A stretch of DNA of 63,225 bases, filler included, from Octopus bimaculoides (Eukaryota): NCBI RefSeq assembly GCF_001194135.2. It is 4 parts of 4 records of this genome, joined end to end, with 100 filler letters (N's around TTAATTAATTAA, not from the genome) between each part and the next. Parts side by side here need not be neighbours in the genome. Positions count along the whole stretch, not along the records: positions 26,760 to 39,258 come from NC_068988.1; positions 39,359 to 58,952 come from NC_068984.1; 2 more parts are not named here. One strand, given 5' to 3'. The notes under the pieces were generated by a model. That model was not told the DNA's origin and searched no databases. It saw nothing but the letters and a program-made list of their open reading frames with translations. Below are positions 28,291 through 41,972 of this stretch, one piece after another. Numbering within the stretch: the stretch's first letter is position 1; the number at the start of each line of letters is the position of its first letter. Position numbers and translations under genes: made by a program.

Positions 28291-29759
28291 CTGTGAAGTG
28301 GTCGGATCGGATACATTACCATATTAGTTCCGGATTTTTCTGTTCTTAATTCAAATCCTGCCGTGTCCTGTTTATATGGTAGACGTATCCTACTGCTTGG
28401 TTTCTTACCATTGCCTGATATCTTAGGTGTATTTAGTGAATTTCATTTTATTGTAAGTTTTTAGACAAGAGGCGGCCATCCTACGTTTGAGGAAACCTTC
28501 CTCTCCTCCTGCAACTGTCGGAGGCGCTGTAACGGGCCATGGGCTCTGCGTTTGCTTAACCAACGTATTTATTCATTCCGATCAAGAACCTTACTGAGTC
28601 ATAGAGCTTCACCACTATCGTTTCTGAAAAACCGCATATCTGCCAAATCTTGTCAATAACTAACTATGAACTTGCCTAATTACGGCATCTCCATGGCACG
28701 AAACTTTTAGAAGCGCTTATGATAATATTGTGTACATTAAATGATACACATACACTCACGAACACACACACATACACACGCATACACACTCATACACACA
28801 CAGACATATATATATACGTTATCGTTGCACAATCTTTATTACTAGGATCCTGTTTCTAAGTCACAATACAGATCAATGTATGACAATGAATACTTGTTCA
28901 CAAAGTGTAACAAAGCATCTTCCTATAGTTACACGATCACCTGACTCTTCTTCAACAAGCCTCTTTGTTGCTGCCGTTGTAGGTATAACTCAGATCTGAC
29001 CTGATAAATCTGAGCTACGATCAAAGGTTGTTCTACCCGTGGCTGTCACATCTTGTAAAATGAGTCAGAGACGCAACCGTTCACGAATGAATTACATCAA
29101 CAGATGAGATGATTTGAGCGTTTGTTTTATTAGAATAATCAAAAGCAGTTCTGTGTTTAAAATACGAAATGATCCCTCATTCAATTCATTTAACAACTCA
29201 ATCAACGATCATTTTTATTTAATTCAGGTGGTAAGTGTGCTTTGAAGAAGAATTGCTTTCTATTTCCGCGAGGTTGAGAGGCCTCATAAAGTTCCATCCC
29301 TAACATATTCACCGCTTCGTTTCGGTGCCTGGTAGGTGTTATTCCACCCCTCCCCTCTGTCAGGCACAATCCCACAGAGCTTTGATCGTCGATGATTTTG
29401 CTATGAATACCCCTTTATATATTTTTAAAAAAACCTCGTGCGTCTCCCGCTACAGTAGAATGTAATTTTGAGGTTCAAGTTTTACTGCTGCTTCTAGACC
29501 ACGTAGGGTGTTTCTTGTATTGTGCCGTGTTTTATCCTGCTTTATCAAATTGTATGCTGCTGTGTTGCGCTCGAAATAAACAAGTTTATTGTCAAATTTG
29601 TTTTAAACTTGCATTGACCATCATTGGATTCTGGTGGAGGTCTTTGTAATGGTTGACAAGCATTCTTCGCACGTTAGTGACATTCCTAAGTTGGCAACTG
29701 CTGTCAAATTGTCTTCACTGCTGAACTCACTAAAGATTTATTCATTCATGTATTGAAAC

Positions 29760-29816
<57 letters not shown>

Positions 29817-30729
29817 TTACTACTACTACTCCTTGTTCATCATCATCATCATCATCNNNNNNNNNNNNNNNNNNNNNNNNNNNNNNNNNNNNNNNNNNNN
29901 NNNNNNNNNNNNNNNNNNNNNNNNNNNNNNNNNNNNNNNNNNNNNNNNNNNNNNNNNNNNNNNNNNNNNNNNNNNNNNNNNNNNNNNNNNNNNNNNNNNN
30001 NNNNNNNNNNNNNNNNNNNNNNNNNNNNNNNNNNNNNNNNNNNNNNNNNNNNNNNNNNNNNNNNNNNNNNNNNNNNNNNNNNNNNNNNNNNNNNNNNNNN
30101 NNNNNNNNNNNNNNNNNNNNNNNNNNNNNNNNNNNNNNNNNNNNNNNNNNNNNNNNNNNNNNNNNNNNNNNNNNNNNNNNNNNNNNNNNNNNNNNNNNNN
30201 NNNNNNNNNNNNNNNNNNNNNNNNNNNNNNNNNNNNNNNNNNNNNNNNNNNNNNNNNNNNNNNNNNNNNNNNNNNNNNNNNNNNNNNNNNNNNNNNNNNN
30301 NNNNNNNNNNNNNNNNNNNNNNNNNNNNNNNNNNNNNNNNNNNNNNNNNNNNNNNNNNNNNNNNNNNNNNNNNNNNNNNNNNNNNNNNNNNNNNNNNNNN
30401 NNNNNNNNNNNNNNNNNNNNNNNNNNNNNNNNNNNNNNNNNNNNNNNNNNNNNNNNNNNNNNNNNNNNNNNNNNNNNNNNNNNNNNNNNNNNNNNNNNNN
30501 NNNNNNNNNNNNNNNNNNNNNNNNNNNNNNNNNNNNNNNNNNNNNNNNNNNNNNNNNNNNNNNNNNNNNNNNNNNNNNNNNNNNNNNNNNNNNNNACACA
30601 CACACACACACTCTGTCTGTCTGTCTCTTTCACTCTGCCTTTCTTAATCAGAGTTAACCATTAAATGTAATATTGTATCATTCTCCTCAAGGTCGGTGCA
30701 ATTTTGATTCGAGATGTTTGGTAGCTTCC

Positions 30730-31050
30730 ATAGGCGCAGGTATGGTTGTGTGGTTAAGAAGAACTCTCTGCAACTGCATGGTTCCAAGTTCAGTGGTAAG
30801 TGTCTTCTATAGCCTTGAACCAACCGGTACCTTCTGAATCAGAAACTGTGAGGAATCCCGTCCTGCCCGTTTGTGTGTTCGCTTACGTCTGTGTTTCTTT
30901 GTGTTTGTATATGCCTCACCACCGCTTGACAACGTCCCAGTAACTTAGCTGTTCGGCAAAAGAGAACAGGTGAATAAGTACCAGGCATGAAAATGTTGGA
31001 TTCGATATGCTTGGCCCAACTTGGCTGCAATGCAATCACTGAAACAAGCG
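30730..31050 (+). mobile_element. Degenerate, internally deleted SINE family A
   Basis: ataggcgcaggtatggttgtgtggttaagaag...taacttagctgttcggcaaaagag. Confidence 0.7.
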
Positions 31051-31121
31051 AAAGATATTCTAACTCATCTTCTTACTTTTCACTGCCTCACACAAGTGCT
31101 GTGTATATTCTTTTATTGTAG

Positions 31122-31232
31122 GGCTGCGAGCTGGCAGAATTATTGGCACGCTTGGCGAAATGCTTAGCGGTATTTCGTCTACCGTTACGTTCTGAGTTCA
31201 AATTCCGCCAAGGTCGACTTTGCCTTTCATCC
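31122..31232 (+). mobile_element. SINE family B, 5' part
   Basis: gcgagctggcagaat...gagttcaaattccgccaaggtcgactttgcctttcatcc. Confidence 0.85.
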
Positions 31233-31373
31233 CAGTTTAGTAGAGTATCAGATAGCAGTGTTATAAGGGACAGCTAGGATACTTTGGAGGGCTCTTGGCA
31301 TCTAAAGGTATTTGTAGCCCGATGTTAGGATTCTTTTCTTTTCCAACAGTCTAATCTATTGAGTGTATATGAA

Positions 31374-31463
<90 letters not shown>

Positions 31464-32179
31464 CCATTTAAATTAAATGGACGGAATAAGATCGAAGCTA
31501 TCAACACTTTCCGGGATCCGTTTCAGATAGTTCTCTGCTTTAATGTCGTTGTTGTTGTTGTTATTTACAATGGAAATCTTGTTGCCGTTTAAGTTGCTTT
31601 TGTTTTTTTCCTCTCTATCGTAAATTTTTCGTTGTAGTAATGGATGGAGGTGGCGGGGTAGGTTGCGGCTGTGTTCATAGACTTGTTGGTGCTGATGATT
31701 GTTGTCTTTGGTCCAATTAATCGCAGGGAATTCAACTTAATGCTTCGAACTAATTCTTTGCACTGTGATATTGCTGAATCTGCTGCCGCTGTTTGTTGTC
31801 TTAATGGTAAATTGCTCCTCTGAACTTTGTACTTGGTGGATGCTCGCCTGCCCTTCTATTTGTGGGTAGAAGGCAGAGGGCGCTACCGCGTCCTGCACCT
31901 CTCTGTCACAGCTACATTTTACTTCCTCTTCCATGCCTTTAAGCAAGGCTGGCTTCGCCATGTTTATTCTAAAAATAAATGATTATTTTCTTTTCGGATT
32001 TGACCTCCACAAGGCGTACAAACAGCAAAACCGACCAAACCTATTCAAAGGTGGTGCTTTTGATAAAACGTTTTGTAACAAAATAAGCAATAAACAACTG
32101 GAGACAAAATGAAAGGCAAAAACTTAGGAGCAAACAAATGAGTGCATTCCGTCAGAACAAACAACAACAACAACAGTAA

Positions 32180-32590
32180 AAATGGTTTCAAATTTTCGCA
32201 CAAGGCCAGCGATTTCGGGGAAAGGGGCTAAGTTGATTATATCGACCCCAATGATCAACTGGTACTTACTTTATCGACCCCAAAAGGAGGAAAGGCTAAA
32301 TCGACCTCGGCAGAATTTGAACTCAGAACGTAAAGAGACAAACGAAATGCCGTTATGCATTTTGTTCGACGCGCTTAGAACTTTGCCAGCTTGCCGCCCT
32401 TCATAGTTTCAAATTTAGCGCAAGACCTGCTATTTTTGGTGGGGATGGGGTATTATCGATTCCATCTATCCCAGGGTTCAACTGATGTTTATTCTATCGA
32501 CTCCAAAAGATGGAAAAGCAAAGTCGACCACTGTGGGATTTGAACTCCGGACGTAACAAGTCAGAAGAAATATCGCTAAGCATTTTGTCC
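32180..32590 (-). mobile_element. Two tandem SINE family B copies (about 32180-32400 and 32405-32590)
   Basis: Each shows the reverse-complement pattern gtcgac...gaatttgaactc...cgaaat..cgctaagcatttt. Confidence 0.8.
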
Positions 32591-32976
32591 GAGAGTGTTG
32601 CTTATGGTTGATGGAATGAGAGCAAAAATTCATGGAAACCGCTGGAAAATACCATTTCGTCGTTTTGACTGATCCACTTCGAAACGTTATTTATGGACCG
32701 AATACGAACTTTTCCTTTTTCTTTTCCTTTACGCCAACTCCTGACGCGTTTACCAATTTGATCAGCTGTATTTTCTAATAAACAAACTTTCTCCTCCCCC
32801 TCCTTCCATAAATATGCATCTACAAATAACTGAAGACTTGTAAAGCTGACGATATATCTGCCGGAATACGTGCATGGTGATATATTGCCGGTCATTAATG
32901 GCTATGAAGGGTTTACAGTGTGAACAATAAACACACTTAAAATATAAAAAAGAATAAAATAATGATGATAATAATG

Positions 32977-33031
<55 letters not shown>

Positions 33032-33099
33032 TGATCATAAGTATATTTACAACAACGGGGCTAGTGGTGCTCCGCTGTTGTTACTGATGATGGTGGTAG

Positions 33100-33138
<39 letters not shown>

Positions 33139-33752
33139 CGACGACTATGACTATATAGTGATGTTTTATTTGCCACAGGGAGTTTCATGAAGGTGACATA
33201 CATAACAAGGACAATTTCCAATTTCAGTGATATCTTCATAAAAGACGAAAGGAAGAAAAGAAGGGGTGGCGGTGGGGTGAAATGAAATGAGTAAAAATAC
33301 AAAACACGCTTCGAGTTGTTCTGTTCCCCCTTACCTATCTTTTGGAACAGCCTCCCACCTTTTGGAACAGGTTCCCACTTTTTGGCCAGTTCTCTGAGGG
33401 AGAATACTTCATTCTCGACCCTCAGATTTCTTTATACGTGAAATTTGAAAAAGTTGATGAGGGTTGCACAGCCCCTTTTGCCCCAGCCAGGAACAATGCC
33501 TGCCCTGCTTTGTCGAAAGGTGGGTTGTGGGGCATTTCTCGCGATGGACTCAGCTTCGTCCGACACGTGATAACAGCTGTTCGACTTTGTGATTTAGAGA
33601 TAAGACCAGCGATTTTGAGGGGAACGCGGTCGGTTGATTACCTCGACCCAAGTTCTTGACTGGTACTTATTTTATCGATCTTTCAAAGATCGAAGGCAAC
33701 AGTAACAACAAAAACAAAGGAAAAATAGTGATGACGATGACGATGTTGTTGT

Positions 33753-33791
<39 letters not shown>

Positions 33792-34639
33792 CGACGATGA
33801 TGATGATGATGATATGGAGGAGGAGAAGGAGGGAAAAGAAGGATGATGACACCGACGCTGATGATATGAAGAATGTTTTACGGTAACCAAGTGTTTGATT
33901 TACACACACAAACACAGTATTGTTTTTTCTCGCTATCTCCATATATTTTAAGGGAAAACACTTGAGCTGGTTTGGCCGTTTGATAAGGACTGTCCACTAA
34001 TAGTGATCGACCGCTGTTCAAACACATGGCTCAAGTGTTGAATATCGTTTCCGTGCGTCGATCTGGTTTATCAGACTGGTTTATAACAATACATTTCACA
34101 CACGCACGGACGCACGCACCCACACAAACACACATACGCACGCACATACTCATACGTATACCCCTACACAAATACGCAGGCACGCATGCGCACGTAGATG
34201 CATTTACATATGCAAAAATATTTACACAAACACGTTTTCAGATGCATACATATCACGTAACATGAACACACATGCAACCATATATATAGATGTTTGTCTG
34301 TATATGTGCATATTCATGTTACGTAACATATCATGTATGTATGTGTGTATATACACGCGCGTGTGTGTATGTATATTTAAACACACATATTATTTTACAT
34401 ACAACTTCCATTGCGTGTCTTTGTAATCATGTCATTTGGTGAAGACAACAACTTTGCCAGCGAACCAGATGAGACATTATGGATCAAACTCCAACATCCC
34501 GATATCCATCCTTGAATGGAAATGCTCTACACTGCTATGTTTGTGCTTCTTTCGACTCTCTAAGTTCCACATATTCAAGCACTTTCTTTAACCTATCTCC
34601 TCTATAATGCTTTCCACATTCATCGTCAACTCACTTCTA

Positions 34640-35010
34640 CTTACATAAACCATTCGCTCCCTATGGGGCATAGGCCTCCGACGATTCTTCTCACTGGTTT
34701 CAACACTAGACTCTCTCTCTTCTGCTTTTGTCCATTTTGATCCCTGCTTCCTTTCTGACTTTGCTGCGTCCCTATCCAAGTTCTTGTTTATTTTGAATTA
34801 TCATCGAGGCCGCCTTAACTCCTTAACCTATGCAAACCTCTTGGAAAGCTGGTCCATATTCGTCTGGCCTCTTTCTTTTGACCTGTCTAGCATGGAAGCC
34901 CTATCAGGAGTTTTCACTCGTCTGGTACGGAAGACCCTATCGAGAGCTTTCACTCCCCTGGCCTAGCTTCCAAGGTCATTGAGGCGTATACGCCACCACA
35001 CCGCAATAAA
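34640..35010 (-). mobile_element. Bipartite RTE derivative (5'UTR joined to 3' end)
   Basis: The minus strand starts gtggtggcgtatacgcctcaatgaccttggaagctaggcc...gatagggcttccatgctagacaggtc (RTE 5'UTR-like) and ends RIVGGLCPIGSEWFM* (RTE ORF end-like). Confidence 0.6.
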
Positions 35011-35564
35011 GACTGCAACGTTTGATGAACCGTCAGAATATTTTTGTCAGGCCACATCAAATTTTATTCTGTTACTGCAATATTGCTGTATAGCGTGGGT
35101 GATTGAGCTCTTTCTCTAAACCCCTCTGCACATTCAAATCATTAACATCATTCGGAAGTCTAGGCCTATATTTCTTTGTTTCTGATTGATCGTCTACAAA
35201 GCCTTTTCTCACTTTCATCGTGGAAATTTTATTTTATTTTCATCGCATTAGTGACGTCGCGTTGCTGTTGTTTTAGCACGTCATCAAGAACGCTCATGAA
35301 ATGGTTATGTCGACAGGAGTATTCGAAAAGGAATGAGTTGTGAAAGGTCAGAACACGACACTGCGTCGCCACAATATCGATGACAATAAGCTGTGACCCT
35401 CTTCTCATATTTGGCCAGATGTAGGACTACACATAACGATCTTGTTAGGTCCATTGCTAGCATCTCCCACGTTATCATCCTTCGATCAAAGGTCTCCCAT
35501 ACCTATGAGACTTATCATGACATTAGAGTAGCATTTGTGAGTAATTAAAACAAGTATTTCCTTG

Positions 35565-35800
35565 TCAACCCCAAAATATCATAAGCTCGTTAACGAGAAT
35601 AATGTAAAAGTTAGTTGCAGTTGCTTGCAAAATATTGTAACTCAAATATGTCAGCATAACCAAGAAACGCATTAACGAATCCCGAGGATTCAATTACAGT
35701 AAAATCACATCCTACCAATTTAAACACAAACGACTCACAAATGTGTTCTTGTATAGAGCTAAAGTAACACCCATGGCTGTCAAGGAAAAATGCACTCATA
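35565..35800 (+). mobile_element. Penelope-like element fragment (RT to GIY-YIG linker)
   Basis: YHKLVNENNVKVSCSCLQNIVTQICQHN...YRAKVT, compared with the PLE motif FNRNNVKVSYSCMPN...YRA.V. Confidence 0.7.
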
Positions 35801-36720
35801 AACATGCTTATAAATGATACTTACACTTGGAGGTCGAGAAAGAAAATAAATTTCTAGATAAAACCGAGAGTTGAATCACCAACAAATCTTGACCATTAAC
35901 GAAAGCACAACATCATTCCAATGGGTTTAAAGAGGTGTTAGTAATGTCCAGCCAAAAGATATATTTTGATCAAATTTTAAAAATGTGAACCCTAAAAACT
36001 GAAGATACACTCCATGTGTATGCAGGTGAATATTACGATATATAGAACCCAGTAATTATAGTAGGTAATTGTTTGAATGACTTTGAAGGGATGGTAGGTA
36101 AAGTCGTCAAGTTGTCCCTATCAAATTAGAATCTAAAGCGTAAAGAAATGTTAATAAGGACCGCAATTTTGTTCACTGATCCATTAATTTATCTCTCCAC
36201 CGAATCGTTTATTTAGGATGCAGAATTTGTCAATTTATCAACGAAAAATCGCCTGCAATGAATATATAAATAAATAAACGAACAAATAAATAGAAAAAAA
36301 TAGTGGCAGAAGACTCTTTGTAATACAAAATGTTTCTTTTAGACATTTTCTTGGTGCATGAAAGAAAACATAAGCGAAAACAAAACAAGTACGAAAATTT
36401 TATTGAAGAAATTTGGTCTGTATTCCTCGACGATTAAAACTAATGCTGGATTACTCTAACCAACAATATCCAATAAATAAATAAATAAATAAATAGATAT
36501 ACATCGAAGTGAATAAGCTATAAAAAGCTAAGAAGGAGAAAAAGGAAGCACGAATAAGAAGAAATAGATATGAGAAGAGGAATCAACCATTGTCTGTTTC
36601 TCTCTGGAAGAATACGATTGCATTGAAAGAAGTTCAATTGTTAGCGTTGATAGGTTGAAGACTCAAAGATGTTTTCTCACATAAGAAACATTAGTTGATA
36701 ACTGTGTGTGTGTGTGTGTT

Positions 36721-36771
<51 letters not shown>

Positions 36772-37094
36772 CTTTTCTTTTTTCAATCTTAAATTCTTTC
36801 TTTTTCGCTATCAAAAGTGGATACGTGCAGCACTTTCTATTCAGAAATGTAAATACCAAAGTCGTTTTGAGATTTGTTGTTGTTGTTGTTCATGTTATGT
36901 TGTTGTTGTTGTTGCAGATAACGGTTATGTTTGGAAACTATAATTTACATTTAAAGAATTCGTCGTTTACCTCTTGTCTGAAGCGTTCTGCTCATGCTTT
37001 ACTTAGAATATATACAATAACAATAGCAACAATAATAATAATGTTGATGATGAAGATAATGATGATACTGCTGCTAATGATGATAATAATAATA

Positions 37095-37129
<35 letters not shown>

Positions 37130-37133
<4 letters not shown>

Positions 37134-37310
37134 ATTCCTTGGAGAATTAATATAAAAAGGGGCATCTTCCAAGGTGACTCGTTTTCTCCGTTACTATTTG
37201 TAATAGCACTAATACCCATAACAATGACGCTTCGGAAAGTGAAGATGGGCTACCGATGTGGGAGGAACGGCCCATCATTGAACCATCTGTTTATGGATGA
37301 CCTGAACGAA
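37130..37310 (+). mobile_element. R4/Dong-type LINE reverse transcriptase fragment
   Basis: INIKRGIFQGDSFSPLLFVIALIPITMTLRKVKMGYRCGRNGPSLNHLFMDDL (QGD..SP and FMDD motifs), starting right after a (TAA)n tract. Confidence 0.85.
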
Positions 37311-37619
37311 ATTTTGCAAACTAATTTGATGCTGTCTGCTATGTAATAACATTAGAATGAAATACTCTATTAAGATTCCGAGCTGTCTATGATGCTGTAT
37401 TTCCAAGAAAGAACACATATTTCAAGACCGCACGAATTTCCGACTTATCCATCTCTAAACAGAAATATAAAAGAGAAAAAACGATTTATAAATACTTTAT
37501 AAAGCACATAATGAAATAGATGTGTCAGCTTTCTAACAAAAAATATTGTCAAAATATAATAATGGCGCAAAATGAGCAGCTGTCAAAGTTTACCATATAC
37601 CTTACTAAAAATTTCATAC

Positions 37620-38243
37620 CTGACGACCTAATACAAGCACCACTCTGAGGCTGTAACTGAGAGAGAAAATGTAACGATTCTTTGGGACTTCCGAGTATGT
37701 ACAGATCGGATCATCAAGGCTAATAAACCAGATATTGTTGTGAAAGACAAAAGTAATAAAGTTTGTTTATTGATTGACATGAGCAAACTCTGTGACCATA
37801 ATGTCTCGGGAAAGGAATTTGATAAGCTCAGAAAATATAAAGATCTGCTAATCGAAATCGAAAAGTTGTGGCATCTCAAGACGGTTACAATACCAGTGAT
37901 TGTAGGAGCACTTGGAATGATAAAAAAAGGAACTGAAAATTATTTAAGAATGATCCCTGGATTACCATCCATGCAAGAAATGCAAAAGATTGTCTTAACT
38001 GGTAACTGGTCACACGTATTAAGAAGAGCCTCGTCGATGTGCATTTTCTTTCCTTTTCTCTCTTTATCTTATTTGTACTTGTCTATTTTTGCATTTTTTC
38101 CTTTTTCTCTATAACATGACTCTGTAAGTGAACAATTTGGTGTGCTTTTTTTAATGGCCTACCAATGTGTATAGTAAGTTTCTCTGCCCTAAGTGTCAAG
38201 AAGACACTCGGCAAGAAATGGAAACAGAACTGAAAGAAGATGC
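37620..38243 (+). mobile_element. R4/Dong-type LINE 3' end (restriction-like endonuclease plus 3'UTR) ending in (TAA)n
   Basis: VTILWDFRVCTDRIIKANKPDIVVKDKSNKVCLLIDMS...KLRKYKDLLIEIEKLWHLKTVTIPVIVGALG (PD..D nuclease motif). Confidence 0.88.
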
Positions 38244-38283
<40 letters not shown>

Positions 38284-38774
38284 TACAACAACACATTAAT
38301 AATGTTACAATTTGCAAAAAGAATTTGTGCAAGGCGTTGCCAAAGGCACCGTATTCGGTCGGTTGACAAAAGAGAAGCTTGCAGAGAGGAAATTAAAGGA
38401 AATGGTTGTTGAATTTATCGTAAAATTGAGAAGCAAAGCTGTTTATGAGAACAGGACGAGAGTAAAAGAAAGAGGCTGGGAGAGTTTGTTAAAAATTCGA
38501 TTGTTTATGTGAATCTTTTTTTTTTTTTTTTTGTAAATGTACATTTACTATAAACTCTTATGGTTATGTTATATCAGAGAGAAGCGACGTTGTTTTATGG
38601 AGTGCTTTTTTGGGAAAAATAAGAAAAAAATAAATAACGATGTAATATAAAACAAAAATTTAACCCCCAAAAGAGAATGTAAGAAAATATATTAAAAAAA
38701 TGATGTAATAGAAAATATAAATTAACGAAAGGAAAATACAATACCGCCGCCGACACCGCCACCTCCACCATCAA

Positions 38775-39125
<351 letters not shown>

Positions 39126-39258
39126 GAATTATAGTGATAATGATAAAAATAATAGTAATGTGTAGTGTGAAATATAAAGTTAATGGTAACAGAATTAGGG
39201 TATAGTAACAATATATGAGAGAAACAGTAAAGAAAGAAAGAATGAAGGAAGTAATGGA

Positions 39259-39358
39259 NNNNNNNNNNNNNNNNNNNNNNNNNNNNNNNNNNNNNNNNNN
39301 NNTTAATTAATTAANNNNNNNNNNNNNNNNNNNNNNNNNNNNNNNNNNNNNNNNNNNN
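39259..39358. other. Artificial scaffold join (44 N + TTAATTAATTAA + 44 N)
   Basis: Linker at 39303-39314. Confidence 0.9.
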
Positions 39359-40517
39359 TATATATGTCATGTTAATGTGCTAAATAGGGACAAAAATGAA
39401 CGCAGCGCCACAAGAAAATCAAGCCTTATTGAGAAAAGATGTAATTCCAAATTGAGATTCAGCGTAGAAAAGTACAGTTAGAACAACCATAAAAACAATT
39501 GTTACAAAATTCTTAAACGTGAAACATTGCTTTAAGTTTTGTTTAGTTCTTCATTATAGACGAGGAAGAAGGTTTACAAAAGCGGGTGAGTGGAACCAAG
39601 TTAAACTAATTCAAGACTTAATTTGGGCATCCATCTTCTCTTCAAATCGTAGTTCATTTTTCTTCACCTTCATGTCTACCCGAAGAACGCAATGGAAAGC
39701 CAGTCTTCTTGATCGAAATACTGTGACGGAGTCACGTTATGATGTATACACGAACTATATTCTTTATAAATAAATATTCGTTTAGGTGCTGCCGAAATTA
39801 GAATATCAAGACTGATAGTTTCATAGAATTGTGTGGCTGAAATACAGCAAAGATTGATCTAGTTGTCTATCCTCTTGATATCAATACAATATTGACAAGA
39901 CTGATAAGATAAAGTTTAAGCGTAGAAATAGATTTATCCGCCTCAACAGAGCGCGTTCACAGGATTGGACTTATACCTATTATGTTAGAAGCTTTGTGGG
40001 AATACGCTGAGTGGAAACGGCTTGCAGTGTTTCATAGATTTGTTACAAATCTATGGAGAGGATCCTGCTCATTGTAAAAGTTGAATATTTACACTCGATC
40101 ATATAATTTACATAACTGAAGAATCGTGATGTAGTTATTTTATCAGACACACTTTAGAACAGAAACAATTCTGGAATTGAAGTAGTTTTAGGAGCACCAA
40201 ATGCTATAAAATTACCGGATAATTTAAGACCAACGAAGTTTGCAGGCACAGTAGAGCGCTACATCTTACTATCCAACTATCTTAGGGTATTTGGGTACAG
40301 GTCACTGAGTTCCGAGTTCAGCTTAAGTGAACTTCTGTTCTTCAGCCATCCGAAATAGCATTAAAAGTTTGGCGCATTGATTATATTTTCACTACAAATG
40401 TTGTCATTTCGATTAAAGAAGTAATTTATACTCAATCATTTGGTATAATATTTTGAACTTCATTTTCTTAGTTCAGACGAACAGCTCTAGTACCAATATT
40501 TACATCAAATATATACA

Positions 40518-41098
40518 TAGGCGCAGGAGTGGCTGTGTGGTAAGTAGCTTGCTTACCAACCACATGGTTCCGGGTTCATTCTCACATCGCGGCACCTTGG
40601 GCAAATGTCTTCCACTATAGCCTCGGGCCGATCAAAGCCTTCTGAGTGGATTTGGTNNNNNNNNNNNNNNNNNNNNNNNNNNNNNNNNNNNNNNNNNNNN
40701 NNNNNNNNNNNNNNNNNNNNNNNNNNNNNNNNNNNNNNNNNNNNNNNNNNNNNNNNNNNNNNNNNNNNNNNNNNNNNNNNNNNNNNNNNNNNNNNNNNNN
40801 NNNNNNNNNNNNNNNNNNNNNNNNNNNNNNNNNNNNNNNNNNNTGTGTGTGTGTGTGTGTGTGTATGTGTGTGTATATGTCTGTGTGTCTGTGTTTGTCC
40901 CCCCAACATCGCTTGACAACCGATGGTGGTATGTTTGCGTCCCCGTAACTAAGCGGTTCGGCAAAAGAGACCGATAGAATAAGTACTAGGCTTACAAAGA
41001 ATAATCCCTGGTGTCGATTTGCTCGACTAAAGGCGGTGCTCCAGCATGGCCGCAGTCAAATGACTGAAACAGGTAAAAGAGTAAAAGAGTAAAGAGTA
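40518..41098 (+). mobile_element. SINE family A, near-intact, with a gap at its internal microsatellite
   Basis: taggcgcaggagtggctgtgtgg...ggcggtgctccagcatggccgcagtc...gtaaaagag. Confidence 0.9.
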
Positions 41099-41100
41099 TA

Positions 41101-41972
41101 TGTGGTCTGATCAATAAGTATCCGGACTGTTGCCATACTAACGAAGCTAAAGCACGCAGAGTTAAGCTGCTGGGCACCGATTGACTTGAAACTCTGCTGC
41201 GAATGCGCACTAAGTTTTAACGTTCTAGTTCACTTCCGCTGTTTACAGCAGTGCTTGGAAGTTAGGTGTGTAGCGTATGATCGTCGCATTGACCATGACA
41301 GTGAAAGTTGAGCAGAAAATCTGCATCAAATTTTGCCAAAAGCTTGGCGATACCTGCTCAGAGGCCTACGCAAAATTTTTAAAAAGTTTTCATTCTTCTC
41401 TACACAATCAAGGAAATCTTGTGCAACTGAAACCCGAGTGTTTTTTTGAAAGCAGTTTTCACAGAAACTTTCCAGATACGCGTCTCATACCCAAATCTCC
41501 AGTGATAATGGACTGAACTGAACTAATATCTGCACATCCTCCGATAACTCACGGATGGTGATTCGACGATTTCCCCTCACAGCTGCGCGCACATCTGCGG
41601 TGTTTTTCTCAGTTCTGCTGGTTGTGGGTCTCATCACTATAGTCATTTTTTCGGCCTTCTTGGAAATGTGTGAACCACTCACACACTTGTGTGTGGCTCA
41701 TACACTCCTCTCCATACACTTTCTGCATCTTTGCGTTGGCCTCTGAGCAGGTATCATCATGACAACTTTCTCTGTCATGGTCAATGCGACGATCACACGC
41801 TACACACCTTCCTTCAAAGCACTGCTGTTAAAAGCGGAAGTGAACTAGGACGTTAAAACTTAGTGTGCATGCACAACAGAGTTCAAAGTCAATCTTTGCC
41901 AAGTGGATTAACTCTGTGTGCTTTAACTTCGTTACTATGGCAACAGTCCGGATATTTATTGATCAGATCTCG
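41101..41972. mobile_element. Mariner-family non-autonomous element built from two inverted 5' ends, TA target duplication
   Basis: Termini tgtggtctgatcaataagtatccggactgttg and its inverse, with TA at 41099-41100 and 41973-41974. The plus arm encodes EQKICIKFCQKLGDTCSEAY. The minus arm encodes RPTTSRTEKNTADVRAAVRGNRRITIRELSEDVQI...DLGMRRVS. Confidence 0.9.

Noticed and set aside
31737-32895. ORFs 31737..31961 and 32602..32895 with protein-like composition
   Set aside because: No recognisable domain and no phase-compatible exon chain. They may be old TE debris.
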